Origin: an uncultured Prevotellaceae bacterium
GTDB taxonomy: Bacteria; Bacteroidota; Bacteroidia; Bacteroidales; Bacteroidaceae
NCBI GenBank assembly: GCA_900317305.1
Contig: ONGG01000004.1
Span: 40,983-104,982, forward strand
Length of the DNA stretch: 64,000 nucleotides
Reading direction: 5' to 3'
A program made the translations under genes and the position numbers. Below, piece after piece: positions 59,334 through 64,000 of this stretch. How positions within the stretch are numbered: the stretch's first letter is position 1; each line of letters starts with the position of its first letter. The notes below the pieces were generated by a model. It was not told the DNA's origin and made no database searches. It worked only from the letters and a program-made list of their open reading frames with translations.

Positions 59334-60839
59334 ATGAACAACTCACACTTGTCAATGAATGCCAACCCGTTGGTGGCATTCCTACAAAAACCAGCTACCG
59401 ACTTTACTAAGGCCGACATCATCCGCTATGCTGAGGAAAACGGTATACGAATGATCAATTTCATGTACCCGGGAGGCGACGGCAAACTCAAGACACTCAA
59501 CTTCGTCATTACCGATAGGGAATACCTCGAAACCATCCTCACCTGTGGCGAGAGGGTCGACGGCAGCAGCCTCTTCTCTTTCGTGCAGGCCGGAAGCAGC
59601 GACCTCTATGTCATACCGCGGTTCTCCACCGCTTTCCTCGACCCCTTCGCCGAGATTCCCACCATTGCCATGCTCTGCTCTTTCTTCGACAAAGACGGAC
59701 AACTGCTTGAGAGTGCGCCCGAGCATACGCTCGCCAAAGCATGCAAGGCGTTCACCAAAACCACGGGAATGGAGTTCCACGCCATGGGCGAACTCGAATA
59801 TTACGTTATCTTCGACGACGACCATCAGTTTCCTGCCATCGACCAGCACGGATATCACGAGTCGGCTCCTTATGCCAAGGCCAACGAGTTCCGTGCCAAG
59901 TGCATGACCTACATCGCACAGACGGGCGGACAAATCAAATACGGACACTCCGAAGTGGGCAACTTCGTGCTCGACGGCAAGGTGTACGAGCAAAACGAGA
60001 TTGAGTTCCTGCCGGTCAGGGCCGAGAATGCGGCCGACCAACTCATGCTGGCCAAATGGGTTATACGCAACCTGGCCTATCGCATGCAGCTCAACGTCAC
60101 TTTCGCACCCAAGATCACTACCGGAAAGGCGGGATCAGGACTGCATATACACATGCGCATGATGCGCGACGGGAAAAACATGATGCTCCACAATGGCCAA
60201 CTCTCCGATGAGGCCAGGAAGATGATTGCCGGCATGATGCTGCTCGCGCCCAGCATCACCGCCTTTGGCAACAAGAATCCCATGTCCTACTTCCGACTCG
60301 TTCCTCATCAGGAGGCACCCACCAATGTGTGCTGGGGCGACCGCAACCGATCGGTGCTCGTCAGGGTGCCACTGGGATGGACAGCCGATGTCGACATGTG
60401 CGGAAAGGTGAACCCCAACGAACAGCCTTCGCACTTCGACACGTCGATGAAACAGACCGTCGAGATGAGGTCGCCTGATGGATCGGCCGACCTCTATCAA
60501 CTCATCGCCGGACTGTGTGTGGCCTGCCGTACAGGATTCGAGATGGAGGGCGCGCTGCAACTTGCCGAGCAGACCTATGTCAATGTGAATATTCACGACC
60601 AGGCCAATGCCGAACGTCTGGCACAACTCTCCAGTCTGCCCGACAGCTGCGTTGCCTCGGCCGACTGCCTGGACCAGCAACGTTCTTATTATGAGAAAGA
60701 TGGCATCTTCAGTCCTGCCATGATCGACAGCATCATCTCTCATCTCCGTGCCTTCGACGATCGCAACCTGCGCAAGCAGGTAGAGGCATACCCCGATGAG
60801 GTGCAAAAACTAGTCAACACCTATTTCCACTGCGGATAG
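59334..60839 (+). CDS. glnA: Glutamine synthetase type I family
   Basis: VDGSS, GELEYY, HSEVG, EIEF, TFAPK..GKAGSGLHIH, RLVPHQEAP, NRSVLVRVP, EMRSPD. Confidence 0.88.
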   Translation: MNNSHLSMNANPLVAFLQKPATDFTKADIIRYAEENGIRMINFMYPGGDGKLKTLNFVITDREYLETILTCGERVDGSSLFSFVQAGSSDLYVIPRFSTAFLDPFAEIPTIAMLCSFFDKDGQLLESAPEHTLAKACKAFTKTTGMEFHAMGELEYYVIFDDDHQFPAIDQHGYHESAPYAKANEFRAKCMTYIAQTGGQIKYGHSEVGNFVLDGKVYEQNEIEFLPVRAENAADQLMLAKWVIRNLAYRMQLNVTFAPKITTGKAGSGLHIHMRMMRDGKNMMLHNGQLSDEARKMIAGMMLLAPSITAFGNKNPMSYFRLVPHQEAPTNVCWGDRNRSVLVRVPLGWTADVDMCGKVNPNEQPSHFDTSMKQTVEMRSPDGSADLYQLIAGLCVACRTGFEMEGALQLAEQTYVNVNIHDQANAERLAQLSSLPDSCVASADCLDQQRSYYEKDGIFSPAMIDSIISHLRAFDDRNLRKQVEAYPDEVQKLVNTYFHCG

Positions 60840-60849
60840 GGCAGTGTGT

Positions 60850-61581
60850 CTATAAAAACTGTTCTGCCCGCTTTAGGTCCTCTGGAGTGTCGATGCCCAC
60901 GGTCTCGATGTCGGTGAGGGCCACGCGGATGCGGTATCCGTTCTCCAACCACCTCAGCTGTTCCAGACTCTCCGCTTTCTCCAGCGGCGACTGGGGCAGC
61001 TTTGTCACCTCCTGAAGCACCTCGCTGCGGTAGGCATAGAGCCCCAGGTGCTTCAGATAGGGGTAGTGCTCCAGCCATTCACTGCGCTCCATGCCACGCA
61101 CGTAGGGTATCACGCTCCGGCTGAAATAGAGGGCAAAACCACGCTTGTCGGTCACAATCTTGGGCGAGTTGGGATTCTCCACTTGTTCCATCTCGGCAAA
61201 TGGCTTGCCCAGGGTGGCAATCTGTGTCTCAGGGTCGTCGAAGCAATGGCAGAGCGACGCTATCTGCTCGCGGCGGATGAAAGGCTCGTCGCCCTGCACA
61301 TTCACCACCACATCGTAGTCACCGCCTATTTTCCTTACCGCCTCGGCGATGCGGTCGGTCCCGCTCTTGTGGTCGGGCGAGGTCATCACCACCTTGCCGC
61401 CAAACTCTTCCACAGCATGGTAGATACGCTCGTCGTCGGTGGCCACGAAGCAGTCCTCCAGCACTCCCGATACCTGTTCATATACCCGTTCTATCACGGT
61501 CTTGCCACCCAAAATGGCCAATGGCTTGCCAGGAAAGCGAGTAGATGCATACCTGGCAGGGATAATTCCGATAAATCTCAT
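60850..61581 (-). CDS. kdsB: 3-deoxy-manno-octulosonate cytidylyltransferase
   Basis: [53 protein letters not shown]. Confidence 0.96.
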   Translation of the reverse strand: MRFIGIIPARYASTRFPGKPLAILGGKTVIERVYEQVSGVLEDCFVATDDERIYHAVEEFGGKVVMTSPDHKSGTDRIAEAVRKIGGDYDVVVNVQGDEPFIRREQIASLCHCFDDPETQIATLGKPFAEMEQVENPNSPKIVTDKRGFALYFSRSVIPYVRGMERSEWLEHYPYLKHLGLYAYRSEVLQEVTKLPQSPLEKAESLEQLRWLENGYRIRVALTDIETVGIDTPEDLKRAEQFL

Positions 61582-61745
61582 AGAAGTCACATTATAATTA
61601 TTGTGCTGATGCTCGCACTGCTATTTGTTCTTTAAATTAACAGCGAAGATAAAGAAAATGTCTTTAAATTGTGGGCGTTATGGTCTTTTTTTTCATGAAA
61701 AACCAATTTTTCTTTCAAAAGAGATGCCAATAAATATTTTTTTCA

Positions 61746-61753
61746 TACCTTTG
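61746..61753 (+). promoter_or_regulatory. -7 box (TACCTTTG) for the terminal island
   Basis: Exact TAnnTTTG, 125 nt before ATG 61879. Confidence 0.55.
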
Positions 61754-61878
61754 TGCGATTTATGTCCTATCGATCTTCACCACACGGGTTGAGATTGTCT
61801 AGGGGATATAGTGTGTAAAAGGCTTTATGCCCACATTAATCAAATCCTTTTTGATAAAAATATTAAATTCAGATAAAC

Positions 61879-63174
61879 ATGAATAAGTTTTTTACCTTTT
61901 TGTTTGCATTGCTTGCCTTTGGTGGTACCATTAAGGCACAATCTGATGATACTGATAATAAGATAAACGGTCTTTTTTCTATTGGTACTGATAATTTGGC
62001 TGAAATTATAAAAGGTGACGAATGTTTCGTTGTGGTTAATATTGATACTCATGATATGATTTTGAGAAATTCTCAATTCATTATTACTCTCCCGACAGGA
62101 GTGAATGCTGCTAAAGATTCCAATGGGACTGTTGATGTTATGATTGGTTCCGATCAGCCATCATCAAATCGTGGTGTACCATATTATGAAGTATCTGCTG
62201 TTCAAAATGTCAATAATCCACAAGAGATTCATATTTTGATTAAAAATGATAAAAATTCTCTACCTGTTGTTGACGGTGAACTAATGCGTCTATATGTTAC
62301 AATTAATGATGATGTTTCAGTAGGTTCAGTGTTGAACGGTGGTTCTATGTCTAATATTATGATTTCTAATGTTGATGCTAGTGTTGCATATACTCAGGAT
62401 GATTTCCCTTTCACCATCAAAGTAGGTGGGGGTGGGATTATCACTTATAAGGATTCTGAGAATATTGAAGATTTTGTACCTGCCAATAACGTCAACGTGA
62501 ATGTGCAGCGTGCAGTGAGAGGTGGTGCGTGGAATACCATCTGCTTGCCATTCAATATGACGAATGTACAGATTTCCCAAGTCTTTGGTAGTGATACAAA
62601 GGTAGCCGATTTTACTGGATGTGAGACGGTGAAATCGGGAAACAAGGTAATTGGCATAAAAGTTCAGTTTACTCAGGTTTCGGAAATGATAGCTCATCAT
62701 CCTTACATTTTGAAATCGGCTAATGAATTCACAGAAAATGGTTTCACAGTCAATGGCGTTAATATAGTAAGAATGGCTGATTCAGGAACGCCTCAAACAG
62801 GTTCGGATGGAAATCTATTTATTGGTGTTTATGCTCCAATAGCAAATCTTGGTAGCATAGATAACCCTGTGGCTTTCATCAGCAGCAATAAATTTTATTA
62901 TGCAACAGGTAATTCCTCATTGAAGGGCTTCCGTGGCTATTTCGACTTCAAGGATCTAAAAGATTATATCAGTGGCCTTACTGCGGCATCCAACCTCAGT
63001 TTCTTTGTTGATGGTGAGGAGGCTACCTCTATAGATGGCGTTACCACGACAACTCTTCCTGTAGAAGGTGTGTATGATTTGCAAGGCCGCAAGGTAGAGA
63101 TAGGTGATAACGGTATTGATGGCTTGCAGAAAGGCATCTACATCATCAATGGAAAGAAGGTTACCGTTAAGTAA
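61879..63174 (+). CDS. AT-rich secreted/surface protein with a possible cohesin-like N-domain and T9SS-type CTD
   Basis: Signal peptide; beta-rich N-domain; WNTICLPF and SLKGFRGYF motifs typical of Prevotella surface proteins; CTD GVYDLQGRKV..KGIYIINGKKVTVK. Confidence 0.75.
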   Translation: MNKFFTFLFALLAFGGTIKAQSDDTDNKINGLFSIGTDNLAEIIKGDECFVVVNIDTHDMILRNSQFIITLPTGVNAAKDSNGTVDVMIGSDQPSSNRGVPYYEVSAVQNVNNPQEIHILIKNDKNSLPVVDGELMRLYVTINDDVSVGSVLNGGSMSNIMISNVDASVAYTQDDFPFTIKVGGGGIITYKDSENIEDFVPANNVNVNVQRAVRGGAWNTICLPFNMTNVQISQVFGSDTKVADFTGCETVKSGNKVIGIKVQFTQVSEMIAHHPYILKSANEFTENGFTVNGVNIVRMADSGTPQTGSDGNLFIGVYAPIANLGSIDNPVAFISSNKFYYATGNSSLKGFRGYFDFKDLKDYISGLTAASNLSFFVDGEEATSIDGVTTTTLPVEGVYDLQGRKVEIGDNGIDGLQKGIYIINGKKVTVK

Positions 63175-63199
63175 TTGTTCAATGAAAAGGAAATTTGAG

Positions 63200-63403
63200 A
63201 TGAAGACGAATTATATCAAACCAGAAATAGAAATACTTGTTATTGCTTTTGGAACATCTATCTTGCAAGATTCAATTACTGGCCTCACTGGTAATATTTC
63301 AGGGGATGATGGAATTGTCAGTGGTGACAATGGGGGCAATGGTAATGGCTTAACAGGTGATATCAACAGGATTTACCTCTGGGATGATCCTGACAACGAA
63401 TAA
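63200..63403 (+). CDS. Small peptide (67 aa) with YxxP-type leader and Gly/Asp/Asn-rich tail
   Basis: MKTNYIKPEIEILVIAFGTSILQDSITGLTGNISGDDGIVSGDNGGNGNGLTGDINRIYLWDDPDNE; alternative start 63182. Confidence 0.7.
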   Translation: MKTNYIKPEIEILVIAFGTSILQDSITGLTGNISGDDGIVSGDNGGNGNGLTGDINRIYLWDDPDNE

Positions 63404-63441
63404 TGTATCTGAAAGTCATAGGGCTTGATGATTTTCTAATC

Positions 63442-63480
63442 AACAGCAATCACAACCTCATTTTGGATGTGGTTGCTGTT
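63442..63480 (+). terminator. Stem-loop after the small peptide
   Basis: aacagcaatcaca / tgtggttgctgtt stem followed by a U-rich stretch. Confidence 0.6.
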
Positions 63481-63513
63481 GTTGTTCATTGAGATGATAT
63501 CACTTACATGCAA

Positions 63514-64000
63514 ATGAAGAATAGATTTTCCTTTTCGCTTCTTTTTCTGATAGTGGCTTTGTCTTCCCTCGCTGCTGATGCTTTCGAGGTGGAAGGTGTA
63601 TGGTATGAGTCAACATCCGAATCGACGGCGATGGTGATAGAAAAACCATCATCTGGTTCAGGTGGCACGAGCATTATCATCAGGAACTGTTACGAGGGTG
63701 ATATCGTCATCCCGCAAACTGTAACATATCAAGATGTGACGTATGTGGTGACTGCCGTGAAAGAGGGCACGTTTAGGAATTCTAATCGCTTGACATCAGT
63801 GTCACTGCCTGCCTCATTGATAGAGGTGGGGACCGCTCCTTTTGCCGATTGTCCTAACCTGACATCTGTCATGGTAGATGCCGGGAATCCTGCTTTTTCT
63901 GATGCCGATGGCTTGTTTTACGATAAGGACTTGACCACGCTTATTGCTTGCCCTGGGGCAAAAGAAACAATCGATGTTATACCATCTACGGTAAGAGTAA
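63514..64000 (+). CDS. BspA-type leucine-rich-repeat surface protein, 5' part; runs off the right edge
   Basis: Absent from the ORF track. Manual translation: MKNRFSFSLLFLIVALSSLAADAFEVEGVWY..YEGDIVIPQTVTY..VTAVKEGTFRNSNRLTSVSLPASLIEVGTAPFADCPNLTSVMVDAGNPAFSDADGLFYDKDLTTLIACP. Confidence 0.85.
   Translation, partial: MKNRFSFSLLFLIVALSSLAADAFEVEGVWYESTSESTAMVIEKPSSGSGGTSIIIRNCYEGDIVIPQTVTYQDVTYVVTAVKEGTFRNSNRLTSVSLPASLIEVGTAPFADCPNLTSVMVDAGNPAFSDADGLFYDKDLTTLIACPGAKETIDVIPSTVRV

Noticed and set aside
108-61635. Many long antisense or alternate-frame ORFs (e.g. 108-1025+, 4180-6015+, 28299-30389-, 44016-45623-, 55611-58049+)
   Set aside because: They mirror well-supported genes on the opposite strand, have no motifs, and are expected from GC-rich third-position codon bias.
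1-64000. tRNA, rRNA, transposase, integrase, prophage or defence genes
   Set aside because: No cloverleaf, rRNA-like stretch or recognisable motif was found in any ORF or spacer by manual reading.

Overview
Chromosomal window from a Prevotella-like Bacteroidales genome. Support: TTTG-N19/20-TAnnTTTG sigma-A promoters, a SusC/SusD pair, T9SS-type C-termini and GC-rich coding DNA with AT-rich spacers. Left to right: M3 peptidase (cut by the window edge), GH2 and a beta-propeller/DUF362 fusion; EptA-family transferase divergent from a histidine acid phosphatase; GH29 fucosidase. Next is a ~19 kb glutamine/nitrogen cluster: asnB, a half-length carB, carA, purF and pyrG, divergent from gltB, gltD, dapF, dapL and GS-III. 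Then a SusC/SusD pair coupled to a nucleotide pyrophosphatase/phosphodiesterase (no glycosidase), beta-carbonic anhydrase, a CAT-family acyltransferase, a second AsnB-like amidotransferase, GH5 and patatin. Then nrdJ-folB, an amidase with a long P/Q-rich linker, an MCE protein, dnaA, an MFS transporter, a TPP riboswitch-TBDR-pnuC thiamine module, GH94 cellobiose phosphorylase, GS-I and kdsB. The window ends in an AT-rich surface-protein island containing a small YxxP-leader peptide. I saw no tRNA, rRNA, CRISPR array, transposase or prophage gene. Best leads: (1) an unannotated ~190-nt transcription unit with its own full promoter and terminator at ~52115-52302, probably an sRNA; (2) the SusCD-phosphodiesterase locus; (3) a two-copy ~110-bp inverted-repeat/octamer element, one copy next to the carB truncation; (4) CarB ending at its domain boundary; (5) the small-peptide island; (6) the propeller-DUF362 fusion. 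All calls come from manual reading and motif recall; no database searches were run.
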